Assembly: GCA_965220085.1 (NCBI GenBank)
Contig: CBDCOZ010000003.1
Coordinates: forward strand, 1,248,001 to 1,312,000
Origin: Candidatus Oxydemutatoraceae bacterium
GTDB lineage: Bacteria > Pseudomonadota > Gammaproteobacteria > Poriferisulfidales > Oxydemutatoraceae
Length of the DNA: 64,000 nucleotides
Reading direction: 5' to 3'
In this document: piece after piece, positions 9,907 to 19,109 of the stretch
Layout of the letters: every line of letters starts with the position of its first letter
How positions within the stretch are numbered: position 1 is the stretch's first letter
Notes under the pieces: generated by a model
What the model saw: only the letters and a program-made list of their open reading frames with translations
What the model was told of the DNA's origin: nothing
Database searches by the model: none
Program-made: the position numbers and the translations under genes

Positions 9907-10824
9907 ATGAAAACCGCTCTTGAAATTAAAAACCTGAAAAAAGTTTATGCCTCCGGCCACACCGCGCTGAAGGGAATTGAATTGCGCGTTGAGCAAGGTG
10001 ATTTCTTTGCCCTGCTCGGCCCGAACGGCGCCGGCAAGTCGACGACGATCGGCATCATCACATCGCTGGTCAACAAGACCGCCGGCGAGGTGCGGGTGCA
10101 CGGCTTTGACATGGATAAGGACCCCGAACAGGCCAAAGACTTCATCGGTCTGGTTCCCCAAGAGTTCAACTTCAACGGGTTTGAAGGCGTGTTGGATGTG
10201 TTGATTCATCAGGCCGGCTATTACGGCGTGCCGGCGAAAGTCGCTTGCAAGCACGCCGAGGAGCAGTTGCGCAAGCTGGAGTTGTGGGACAGACGGCTTT
10301 CCGAAGTGAGGAGCTTATCCGGCGGCATGAGACGCCGCTTGATGATTGCGCGCGCAATGGTGCACCGCCCTCGCCTGCTGATTCTGGACGAACCGACCGC
10401 GGGGGTTGACATAGAAATACGCCGGATGATCTGGGATTACTTGTGCGAACTGAACCGCAGCGGCACGACGATCATTTTGACCACGCATTACCTGGAAGAA
10501 GCCGAGCGCCTGTGCCGCACCATAGCGATTATTTCGGACGGCGAAATCATCGCCGACACCGATATGCGCAGCCTGCTGGAGAAAACAGAGTCGGAATCAT
10601 TTACCCTCTATCTGCGCCGCCCTATCAGCGAAGAGTTTGCGATCCCCAATGTGCGCAGCAAGCGGATCGATGACCACACCTTGGAAGTGGTGGTGCGCAC
10701 CGCGGATGACTTGCCCGATGCTTTGCATGCCCTGAAACAGCGCGGCATACAATTGAGCGGCATACGCAATACCAGCAATCGGCTGGAAGAATTATTCCTG
10801 CAATTGGTAGCGGAAAATGAATAG
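9907..10824 (+). CDS. ABC transporter ATP-binding protein (YadG-like)
   Basis: GPNGAGKST, LSGGMRRR, LDEPTAGVD, TTHYLEEAE. Confidence 0.92.
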   Translation: MKTALEIKNLKKVYASGHTALKGIELRVEQGDFFALLGPNGAGKSTTIGIITSLVNKTAGEVRVHGFDMDKDPEQAKDFIGLVPQEFNFNGFEGVLDVLIHQAGYYGVPAKVACKHAEEQLRKLELWDRRLSEVRSLSGGMRRRLMIARAMVHRPRLLILDEPTAGVDIEIRRMIWDYLCELNRSGTTIILTTHYLEEAERLCRTIAIISDGEIIADTDMRSLLEKTESESFTLYLRRPISEEFAIPNVRSKRIDDHTLEVVVRTADDLPDALHALKQRGIQLSGIRNTSNRLEELFLQLVAENE

Positions 10825-11596
10825 GTTTGTGCGCAACAAGATAGTCGCTCTGTATACGCTGATTCGCCGCGAGGTCATACGCTTCATGCGGATTTGGCCG
10901 CAAACCCTGTTGCCGGCGGCGGTCACGACGATACTCTACTTTGTTATCTTCGGCAAACTGATCGGCTCGCGAGTCGGCGACATTCAAGGCTTCTCGTACG
11001 TTGATTTCATCGCCCCCGGGCTGGTCATGATGACAGCGCTGACCAACGCATACAACAATGTCGCCTCGTCATTCTTCAGCGCCAGGTTTCACGGCAACAT
11101 CGAAGAGATGCTCATCTCCCCGATGCCAAACTACATTATCCTCACAGGCTTTGTCATCGGCGGCATACTGCGCGGCTTGGCGGCGGGCGTCATCGTATCG
11201 CTCGTTGCGATGTTTTTCACGCCGTTCCTTTTTGACAACATCGGCCCCAGTCTGCTGGTCATGGTCGCAACATGCGCTTTGTTCGCTTTGGCCGGATTGA
11301 TCAACGGCATCTATACAAAGAACTTTGACGGCATATCGATCATACCGACATTTGTCTTGTTGCCATTGACGTATCTCGGCGGCGTATTTTTTCCGGTGGA
11401 ATTGCTGCCCGGTATCTGGCAAAAAGTATCCCTGTTAAACCCGCTGTTTTATATCATTAACGCATATCGTTCAAGCACATTGGGAATATCCGATGTGCCC
11501 TTTGTGCCGTCGGTGCTGATGATTTTTCTGTTCTTGATTGCAGCGGTCATCTTCGCGCTCTATTTGCTCCGCAAAGGCGTCGGGATTCGCACCTGA
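10817..11596 (+). CDS. ABC-2 permease (YadH-like)
   Basis: RFMRIWPQTLLP, YVDFIAPGL, LTYLGGVF; about six hydrophobic segments. Confidence 0.92.
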   Translation: MNRFVRNKIVALYTLIRREVIRFMRIWPQTLLPAAVTTILYFVIFGKLIGSRVGDIQGFSYVDFIAPGLVMMTALTNAYNNVASSFFSARFHGNIEEMLISPMPNYIILTGFVIGGILRGLAAGVIVSLVAMFFTPFLFDNIGPSLLVMVATCALFALAGLINGIYTKNFDGISIIPTFVLLPLTYLGGVFFPVELLPGIWQKVSLLNPLFYIINAYRSSTLGISDVPFVPSVLMIFLFLIAAVIFALYLLRKGVGIRT

Positions 11597-11756
11597 TCGG
11601 CGCGGCGATCAACCCGGCGCACCCGGGATTCGCATCTCCTTGAATGCAACCGGCCGGACAAGTCGGCAGTCGCCGTATAAGAGTGTCGCCCTCTCGGTCG
11701 GAAACTCCGGAGTCTGCTTGCGGTCGTTGTTCGGGCAATGATGGCGGCGGTGCGGC

Positions 11757-11832
11757 TGGCGTCCCCAAGGGGAGTCGAACCCCTGTTACCGCCGTGAAAG
11801 GGCGATGTCCTAGGCCTCTAGACGATGGGGAC
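11757..11832 (-). tRNA. tRNA-Glu(TTC)
   Basis: Reverse complement GTCCCCATCGTCTAGAGGCCTAGGAC...TTC...GGTTCGACTCCCCTTGGGGACGCCA. Confidence 0.97.
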
Positions 11833-12194
11833 GCTGTGCACGATGGATAATTGTCTCTGTATAAACCCATTAGTCAAGAGTTTGGAAACCTAAGTTGCCG
11901 CTACGACAGTCGCAGAGATTCGGCGACAACACAAAAACTATCCCCAAACCATCTTCGATGGCACACCCCACAAACAACCCGCAAACAGTTTGTGGAACAC
12001 AAACAATACTTAATTGTTTGTGTGATGAAGTCTGAAGTATTGGCATCTGGCTTGGGTGTGCAAACAATACTAATGAGGCACAAACCGCGGCTTGTCCCGG
12101 CCCGCGCACCATCGCGCGACCGATCGCCATCCGATAAGCGGCGACGCGCGCGCGACCTCGCGTCGGCATAGCACACCGCAACGCAAGCTCCGTC

Positions 12195-12430
12195 TTGGCC
12201 AAGGTTTCAAGACGATGAATGTATCAATGAACGCTTTAACCGCGCGTTTCAAGAAGAGTCTGTGGAATTTGAAGAGGGTTTGTGGCGGACCGATATGCGG
12301 ACATTTAATGATTGTCGGATAAAATATCTATTAGGGTTTAACACCCGACGACCACGCTACAGACTGAAATTTCAAGCGCTTATGCCACAGCACAATATTT
12401 GCCAGATGCCCGATATTTCATGGCATCAAA
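12195..12430 (+). pseudogene. Degraded IS481-like DDE transposase C-terminal fragment
   Basis: Translates across frameshifts as NERFNRAFQEE...FNxxRIKYLLGFNTRRP; homologous to 53395-53705. Confidence 0.6.
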
Positions 12431-12925
12431 AAGGCGCTTGCAAATGATTGAGCTTGTGGTATAGTGCGACGGAATCCATGAGGAGGAGTGCAACAGTTGA
12501 ACTTGCAAATGACTAAATTTATGATACCGTAACAGTTTATGGAGCACAAACAAAAATAAGGACACACAAACAGTTTATGGAACACAAACAATTAATATTG
12601 TTTGTGCCTCATTAAATATTGTTTGTGCTCCCACTTACGTTTGTGCCTCATTAAATGTTTGTGTACATATATCGTATAATTACACTTGCTAGAAACAGGA
12701 GATATGACACTTGTAGATAACTTGCAATTTTGTGGCAGAGTACACAGCACTCATCGCACAACTGCATTTACTAGAAAGAGGAAATACATTCTTAAGAGAA
12801 ATAGGGGAATTATGTATTTAACTTGACAGAGGCGGATTATGTCAGGCAGGAAACTTGACAAAGATACCAGTACGCTATATACCTATATCTTAATTCGTTG
12901 TTAAACCACTTTGGGGATTAGGACT

Positions 12926-13846
12926 ATGAGTAAGAGAAAAGCAGAAATATTAAGCCTATATCAGATTATGGAGCAATACCCGACCGATGAAGCGACCATA
13001 CGATACCTTGAAAGTCTGGCATGGAGTGATAAGCCGGTATGTTCCAAATGCGGATGTGATAACAAAATTACAGAGCAAAAGAAAGCTGGCGATTATTGGT
13101 GCGGTAGCTGTCGTTCATACTTCAATGTATTCACCAATACACCGCTAGAGCGGAATAAAGTAGATGCCAGAAAATGGGTTTATGCTTCCTATACCCTGCT
13201 CACTTCACGCAAAGGGATAAGCAGTCTGCAATTAAGCAAAGAGATTGGAGTGCAACAAAGAACAGCGTGGTATATGCTTCACCGCTTGCGGGTTATATGT
13301 GGCGGGGATATGCAGGCGCTGCATGGGCAAGTAGAGACAGATGAAACTTATATCGGCGGCAAGGAGAAAAACCGCCATCCCAACAAGAAAAAGCGGGCGG
13401 GTCGCGGTGGTGCTGGCAAGACTGCTATACTGGGTATGCGAGAGCGTAAAGGCAGAGTAAAGGCCATGCCAGTAGAGAACACTACAAAGGAAACACTACA
13501 GACCGCCGTACATAAAAATGTCCGCAAGGGTTCTACCCTTTTTACTGATGAAAACCCCTCATACAATGGTGTTGCCAATCGCCACTATGCGGTTAATCAT
13601 TCTGCGAAGGAATATGTAAATGGTATGGCGCACACTAACGGCATAGAATCCGTATGGGCTGTACTCAAGAGAGGTTTTAGCGGTGTGTATCACAACTGGA
13701 GTAAGAAGCATTGCAGGGCTTATGTCAATGAGTTTTCCTTCCGTCTTAACGATGGCAATTGTGAGATAGATACCCAAGACAGATTAAACAGTTTGTTTGC
13801 CGGTATGCACGGCAAGCAGATTACTTATAAGGAATTGACAGGATGA
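12926..13846 (+). CDS. IS1595-family (ISXO2-like) transposase
   Basis: N-terminal CxxC...CxxC zinc ribbon; VETDETYIGG, LFTDE, HTNGIESVW, YVNEFSFR. Confidence 0.95.
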   Translation: MSKRKAEILSLYQIMEQYPTDEATIRYLESLAWSDKPVCSKCGCDNKITEQKKAGDYWCGSCRSYFNVFTNTPLERNKVDARKWVYASYTLLTSRKGISSLQLSKEIGVQQRTAWYMLHRLRVICGGDMQALHGQVETDETYIGGKEKNRHPNKKKRAGRGGAGKTAILGMRERKGRVKAMPVENTTKETLQTAVHKNVRKGSTLFTDENPSYNGVANRHYAVNHSAKEYVNGMAHTNGIESVWAVLKRGFSGVYHNWSKKHCRAYVNEFSFRLNDGNCEIDTQDRLNSLFAGMHGKQITYKELTG

Positions 13847-13998
13847 AAACCACCCACAGCATAACTACAGTTTCGGTGAAGGTAGATAATTCAAAAAGGG
13901 TTCCTTTGATAATAGATTTATCGGTGGTGCTATCCTTCCTTTGAGTATGAAATAGACAATGTAGAGCATGACACATCTAATCAGTCAGATATGCAAAT

Positions 13999-14157
13999 AT
14001 GAAACAGAAAGACTTAGACAGAGCGGCTACGGCACTACTTAAAGCAGGGAAACCGCCGAAGGATAAAGATTGCCCGATACCGACAAAAGCAGACTTAAAC
14101 CGTAAGTTTGTCATGCGGGTAGACCGTCAAGGCAAACCCACAATTATTGAGAAATAA
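13999..14157 (+). CDS. Small passenger ORF inside the IS (52 aa, MKQKDLDRAATALLKAGKPP...)
   Basis: Open frame read from the sequence, ending just before the right inverted repeat; no recognisable family. Confidence 0.4.
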   Translation: MKQKDLDRAATALLKAGKPPKDKDCPIPTKADLNRKFVMRVDRQGKPTIIEK

Positions 14158-14197
14158 TACCTCTGTCAAGTTAAATACATAATTCCCAGAAATAGAT

Positions 14198-15817
14198 ATG
14201 AAAAAAGAAATTTATAATACTACCCCCCCCCATGTAAATAGAAATAGGGGGATTGCGGGTACTTGGCTCTATGGCCTCGTCGCCCTCTTCCTGCCGCCAT
14301 CCCATATAGACTCGCCATACACCGCACAGTTGCGCTACCCGATTTCGCCCGGGCTTTCGCTGTGGTTGCGGCTTGTGGCGCTGTTCGCACCCGCACGGGC
14401 GGCGGTGCATGGCATCGGCTGGGCCGCCATGCATTGTCTGCTGACCCTGTGCCTGGCATTGGGCGCGAACTGGGCGAATGCCCAAGCTCAGGACAGCAGA
14501 ATTGATGTCCCTGTTGGCAACGATATGCATATATTCGATGCAACAGACTTCGGAGCCAGACTCGGTAACAGTGTAACCTTCATCTCCCGCCCCACTTATG
14601 GCAGACTGATTGATCTCTCTGACAATAACATGGTGGAAATCAGAGGAGATGTGCTTGCTGGCGAGCCTGGAGATGTTTTCTTCGCCCACGAACTCAACGG
14701 CGAGAATGATGGCAGCGGCGCCGCATACACACTCCCGGCCGATGCCATCTCTGTCGCCAACGGTTATGACAGTTTTGCTTTCTCGATAGAGGCCGGGGGT
14801 GTCAGTACCGAGGCCATCATGACTATCAATCTGGTGGGAGCGTCCACGCAGATGGCCGCCAGCGGTGCGCCCACTGTTGCGGCCGCCATGGGCCACACCG
14901 CCTATAACGTCGGTGTGCCGCTGACTGCTTCCATCACAGGTGTGACTGAGCTCAACGGCATCAATGTGGAAACTCTGGCATGGAAGTGGCAACAGGCCGA
15001 TGCCCCCGCCAGTGGTGCTCCCATGGCCAGTGCCTACAGCGATATAGCGGGAGCCACTGCCACGGGCGCAGCTTCCTCAGACTTCACACCGCTTGTCGCC
15101 CATGCTGGAAAGTACATACGGGTCTGTGCCGCATTCATGGATCAGTTTTCCACTCCGGCGGCCTCAGGAGATCTGTGCAGCACCGGCAGCCAGGTGACCA
15201 ATGCGCCATTCTTTGGCGATGCATCGGTGGATGATCAAGTCTGGGTGACCGGCACCGCCATAGCCGCCCTGGTTCTGCCTGAGGCCATGTTTGGCAATGG
15301 CACATTGACTTACAGCCTGATCCCCACAAGCCTGCCCACCGGCCTCTCCTTTGATGCAGTCACCCGCACTATCAGCGGCACCCCGACGGCGACAACTTCA
15401 CAGCCGTCCTCATATGTTTGGTCTGTTGCCGATGACGACGGCGATACAACCACGCTGCTCTTCGATATAGAAATCAGTGCCGATGCAAAACCGGCCTTTG
15501 CCACCGAGGCGGCCATCGCCGACCAGACCTGGATTACCGGCACCGCCATAACCGACCTGGTGTTGCCTGCGGCCACCGGCGGCAATGGTGCGCTGACCTA
15601 TACCCTGACCCCGGCACTGCCCGCGGGCCTGAGCCTTGATGTCGCCACCCGCACCATCAGCGGCACACCCACGGCGGCGGCGCAGAGCAACTATACATGG
15701 ACAGCGGCGGATGCCGACAACAACACTGCAAGCAGCGATACGACCAGCCTGACTTTCAGCGTCATCTCAAATATACGCTTGCGCCTGCGCCTCTTTCTTG
15801 AGGGGCCGCTACGATAG
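14198..15817 (+). CDS. Secreted Ig-like (He_PIG-type) repeat protein, LEGPLR-tail family; C9 tract in frame
   Basis: YNTTPP start, extended signal ending ANAQAQ, two LPxGLSxDxxTRTISGTPT repeats, C-terminus IRLRLRLFLEGPLR. Confidence 0.88.
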   Translation: MKKEIYNTTPPHVNRNRGIAGTWLYGLVALFLPPSHIDSPYTAQLRYPISPGLSLWLRLVALFAPARAAVHGIGWAAMHCLLTLCLALGANWANAQAQDSRIDVPVGNDMHIFDATDFGARLGNSVTFISRPTYGRLIDLSDNNMVEIRGDVLAGEPGDVFFAHELNGENDGSGAAYTLPADAISVANGYDSFAFSIEAGGVSTEAIMTINLVGASTQMAASGAPTVAAAMGHTAYNVGVPLTASITGVTELNGINVETLAWKWQQADAPASGAPMASAYSDIAGATATGAASSDFTPLVAHAGKYIRVCAAFMDQFSTPAASGDLCSTGSQVTNAPFFGDASVDDQVWVTGTAIAALVLPEAMFGNGTLTYSLIPTSLPTGLSFDAVTRTISGTPTATTSQPSSYVWSVADDDGDTTTLLFDIEISADAKPAFATEAAIADQTWITGTAITDLVLPAATGGNGALTYTLTPALPAGLSLDVATRTISGTPTAAAQSNYTWTAADADNNTASSDTTSLTFSVISNIRLRLRLFLEGPLR

Positions 15818-15838
15818 CGGTCCCGCCGTAGCATCATT

Positions 15839-16045
15839 CTCTGCGACTCTCCCGCGAGGGGAGAGTATTGGTTGTACTCCCCCCTTGTGGGGGAGTCGGC
15901 AAACCAAGGGCGAAGCCCGCAGGTTGACGGAGAGGGCGTGTGCTTCCAGCTTTCTTAGCGCAAGTGTTTCCCCCTCACCGCATCGTCCTTCGCCTGCGGA
16001 TCGGTCTCTGCGACTCTCCCGCGAGGGGAGAGTATTGGTTGGTGC
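15839..16045. repeat. REP/MITE-like palindromic element
   Basis: ctctgcgactctcccgcgaggg(g)gagagtattggttg at about 15839 and 16006, flanking another ctcccccttgtgggggag hairpin. Confidence 0.6.
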
Positions 16046-16202
16046 GGGTACCCCCTCTCTGGCGTAGCTTTGCTACGCTGATTTGCTTTAAGATAGACAT
16101 ACAGCTGTGGCAAGTATCGGCGGAACATAAAAGATTGGCGAGGCGCGAGGCGGCGGTTCAAGGCGATGCCCGCAAGCCTCCTGTCACGACAAAAGTTTGG
16201 GG

Positions 16203-16278
<76 letters not shown>

Positions 16279-16312
16279 GGAGTTTCGTCATTATAACGGA
16301 ATCGGCGCGGGT

Positions 16313-17083
16313 TCAGCCGGTCACCCCCCGCTCGCTGTCTTCAATGAACTGCAACAGATAGGCGACTTCGGGGTGTTTGCGCCCAAGGTCAAGATACTTC
16401 TGGCGATGTTCTTTGTGCCCCATCGGCGCGCGGATGAGGTCTTTCCATGCTTGGCGCAACGCCTTGATCGTCTCGGCCGAGAACCCGGCGCGTTCCAAAC
16501 CGATGGTATTCGGGCCGTAGGTTTTGACCGGTTCGCCGGCGGATATCATGTAGGGGGGAATGTCTCTCTGGAAATTTGACCGCATTCCGGTGAAGGCGTG
16601 CCGCCCTACCCGACAGCGCTGGTGCACCAATGTGAAGCCGCCGAGGGTCACATGATCTTCGACCGTGACGTGTCCGGCGAGCGAAGCGGCGTTGGCAAAG
16701 ATTGTGTGGTTGCCGACGATACAGTCGTGCGCAATATGGACATATGCCATCAGCAGGTTGTGGTCGCCGATGACCGTTTCCATGCAGCCGTCCTCGGTGC
16801 CTCGGTTGAGGGTGACAAACTCGCGGATGGTGTTGTTATTGCCGATAATCAGCCGGGTCTCGCCGCCGCGGTATTTCTTATCCTGCGGCGGTTGGCCGAC
16901 GGATGCATAGGGCAGGATGTTGTTGTCGCAGCCGATCACGGCGGGCCCTTGGATGACGGTGTGGGATTGCACTACGGTGCCTTTGCCGATTTTGACTTTG
17001 GCGCCGATGACGCAATACGCGCCGATTGAGGCGCCGTCATCAATCTCCGCGTTGGGATCAATGATTGCTGTGGGATCTATCAT
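16313..17083 (-). CDS. lpxA: UDP-N-acetylglucosamine acyltransferase
   Basis: Hexapeptide repeats, PQDKKY, IREFVTLNRGT, HIAHDC. Confidence 0.97.
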   Translation of the reverse strand: MIDPTAIIDPNAEIDDGASIGAYCVIGAKVKIGKGTVVQSHTVIQGPAVIGCDNNILPYASVGQPPQDKKYRGGETRLIIGNNNTIREFVTLNRGTEDGCMETVIGDHNLLMAYVHIAHDCIVGNHTIFANAASLAGHVTVEDHVTLGGFTLVHQRCRVGRHAFTGMRSNFQRDIPPYMISAGEPVKTYGPNTIGLERAGFSAETIKALRQAWKDLIRAPMGHKEHRQKYLDLGRKHPEVAYLLQFIEDSERGVTG

Positions 17084-17115
17084 TGGGAATCCGACCGATG
17101 AGTAACTGGCAATGC

Positions 17116-17556
17116 CTATTCTTTGTTGACCATCAGATTGATCACGGCCTGTGTCGCGACCTCGCCGTCTACCGTCGCGCGCGTATCAAAACTGAAGTAA
17201 TTCTCCCGGCTGCGCTTGACCGTGGCGCGCAAGGTCAGTTGGTCGCCCGGTATGACCATCCGCTTGAAACGCGCTTGGTCGACCCCGACGACAAAAAACA
17301 AATGGTCGCGCAGGTGATGCAGCGAAGGGTCTTCAAACAACAGCAACCCGCAGGTTTGTCCCAGCGCTTCCAGTATCAATACGCCGGGCATGATCGGCTG
17401 GTGCGGGAAATGGCCTTGAAAAAAGGATTCGTTATAAGTGACGTTTTTAATCGCGGTCAACGAACCTTCCTCGTACTTCATGACGCGGTCAACCAGCAAC
17501 ATCGGATACCCGTGCGGCAACAGTTTTATAATTTGTGATATGTCAGCAAGCCTCAT
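17116..17556 (-). CDS. fabZ: 3-hydroxyacyl-ACP dehydratase
   Basis: LPHGYPMLLVDRV, FFQGHFP, MPGVLILEAL. Confidence 0.96.
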   Translation of the reverse strand: MRLADISQIIKLLPHGYPMLLVDRVMKYEEGSLTAIKNVTYNESFFQGHFPHQPIMPGVLILEALGQTCGLLLFEDPSLHHLRDHLFFVVGVDQARFKRMVIPGDQLTLRATVKRSRENYFSFDTRATVDGEVATQAVINLMVNKE

Positions 17557-18575
17557 TTCTTTCCCCCCTTTTGTATGGATTCCGACTTCTCTCCGAACAG
17601 TTTGTAAAGTTTTTTGTATATGGCGAGGTTTTTTAACGCCAGTTTGCGTTCTTGCAACGGAACGCCGCCGTAAGCGCCGGGCTGTCCGATGGATTGCGGC
17701 ACCCAGCTGCCGCCCATAATGACGACATTGTCGCATATCGCGATATGCCCGTTGATACCGCTCTGGCCGCCGATACGGCAATAGCGCCCGATTTTCGCAC
17801 TCCCCGCAATGCAGGTGCACCCGGCAATCGCCGTATGCGCGCCGATGGTAACATTGTGGGCGATTTGCACCTGATTATCTATCTTGACGCCGTCCTCAAT
17901 GACGGTCTCGTCAAATGTCGCGCAATCTATCGTCGTGCCCGCGCCGATCTCAACGTCATTGCCGATTCTGACCGAGCCCGATTGCTCTATCTTCACCCAG
18001 CTTTTATCGGGCGCCTCGGCAACCCCGAAACCGTCGGCTCCGATTACCGCGCCCGAATGAATGATGCTGCGCTCCCCTACTTCGGTGCCGTGATAAAGCG
18101 TGACATGGGCAAACAGATGGCTGTCGCGACCGACTTTGCTGTTGGCCATGACCACGCAATGGTGGTCGATCTCCGCGCCGTCGCCGATGATGCAATGGTC
18201 TTCAATCACACAGTACGCGCCGATGTTCGCTTTGCCGACTTGCGCGGTGGCGGCAACCGTCGCCGTCGGATGCGCGGCGTATGTCGCCGGCGTTCTTTTG
18301 AATAACTGCGAGACGCGGGCGAAAGCAAGATACGGGTCGTCGCAAATCAAAGCGGCTGCGCCGCAGTCGCTGTAGTCTTTCTCCTTGACGATAACCGCAA
18401 TGTCTTTGTTATCCCGCAGCAGATGACGGTAACCGGGTTTGACGCTGAAGGTAATCGTATTCGCGGCGGCCCGGCCGAGGCTGCCGGTGCCGGTAATCTT
18501 TAGGTTTTTATCGCCAATGGCTTGCGCGCCGATGCGCTCGGCCAAGTCACCCAGGGTGTAACCCTTGCCGCTCAC
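17553..18575 (-). CDS. lpxD: UDP-3-O-acylglucosamine N-acyltransferase
   Basis: DPYLAFA, IGADGFG, KIDNQVQIAHNV hexapeptide protein. Confidence 0.96.
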   Translation of the reverse strand: MSGKGYTLGDLAERIGAQAIGDKNLKITGTGSLGRAAANTITFSVKPGYRHLLRDNKDIAVIVKEKDYSDCGAAALICDDPYLAFARVSQLFKRTPATYAAHPTATVAATAQVGKANIGAYCVIEDHCIIGDGAEIDHHCVVMANSKVGRDSHLFAHVTLYHGTEVGERSIIHSGAVIGADGFGVAEAPDKSWVKIEQSGSVRIGNDVEIGAGTTIDCATFDETVIEDGVKIDNQVQIAHNVTIGAHTAIAGCTCIAGSAKIGRYCRIGGQSGINGHIAICDNVVIMGGSWVPQSIGQPGAYGGVPLQERKLALKNLAIYKKLYKLFGEKSESIQKGGKK

Positions 18576-18580
18576 CGGAT

Positions 18581-19102
18581 TTATTGCGATCGCCTGTCGA
18601 GAGCCTTGAGCACATCCTCTGTCAGGTCAACGCGATCGCTGGCATATAAGACAGGCCCTGAGACGACCAAATCAACTCCTTTCCTTTTGGCGACACTTTC
18701 AACGACGGCAGTAATCAGGTTCTGCATCTTGCTGAACTCTTCTCTTCTGCGGCTGGTGAATTCTTCCTGCAGTTCGTCATTGCGATCTTTGAGGTCGCGC
18801 TTGCCGGAAAGAATTTCTCTCTTGGCTTTTTTCACTTCGGACTCTTTCATCTTGCGTCCCGACTTTCTCAGCTTTCTCTCCAAGCTGCTGATCTTGGCTT
18901 CGATCTCCGCTATCTCGTCGAGCTCGCCCGAGAATTCGTCTTCCAGACGGTCTTCGGCTTCCTTCACCTGCTTGGAAGTTTGCATGATCGCGGATATATC
19001 GACGAAGCCGATGCTCGGCTTGTCGGCGGCGAAGGCCGGGATAGCGAGCGCAAACCATGCGCCGATGAAATAGGTAAGTTGGTTTTGAATAGTTTTTTTC
19101 AT
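18581..19102 (-). CDS. skp: Skp/OmpH periplasmic chaperone
   Basis: Signal peptide, IGFVD, coiled coil, VDLTEDVL; lies between bamA and lpxD. Confidence 0.9.
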   Translation of the reverse strand: MKKTIQNQLTYFIGAWFALAIPAFAADKPSIGFVDISAIMQTSKQVKEAEDRLEDEFSGELDEIAEIEAKISSLERKLRKSGRKMKESEVKKAKREILSGKRDLKDRNDELQEEFTSRRREEFSKMQNLITAVVESVAKRKGVDLVVSGPVLYASDRVDLTEDVLKALDRRSQ

Positions 19103-19109
19103 AGTACTT

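Larger units (their letters stand above)
12805..14187 (+). mobile_element. Complete IS1595-family insertion sequence
   Basis: Perfect 28-bp terminal inverted repeats (12805-12832, 14160-14187) and 8-bp target duplication AGAAATAG (12797-12804, 14188-14195). Confidence 0.95.

Noticed and set aside
11851-12565. Small ORFs downstream of the tRNA region as real genes
   Set aside because: They overlap repeat-rich non-coding DNA and a decayed transposase fragment.
14198-15817. Autotransporter, T1SS/RTX or PEP-CTERM assignment for the family
   Set aside because: No beta-barrel or terminal Phe, no GGxGxD repeats, and no C-terminal TM helix.
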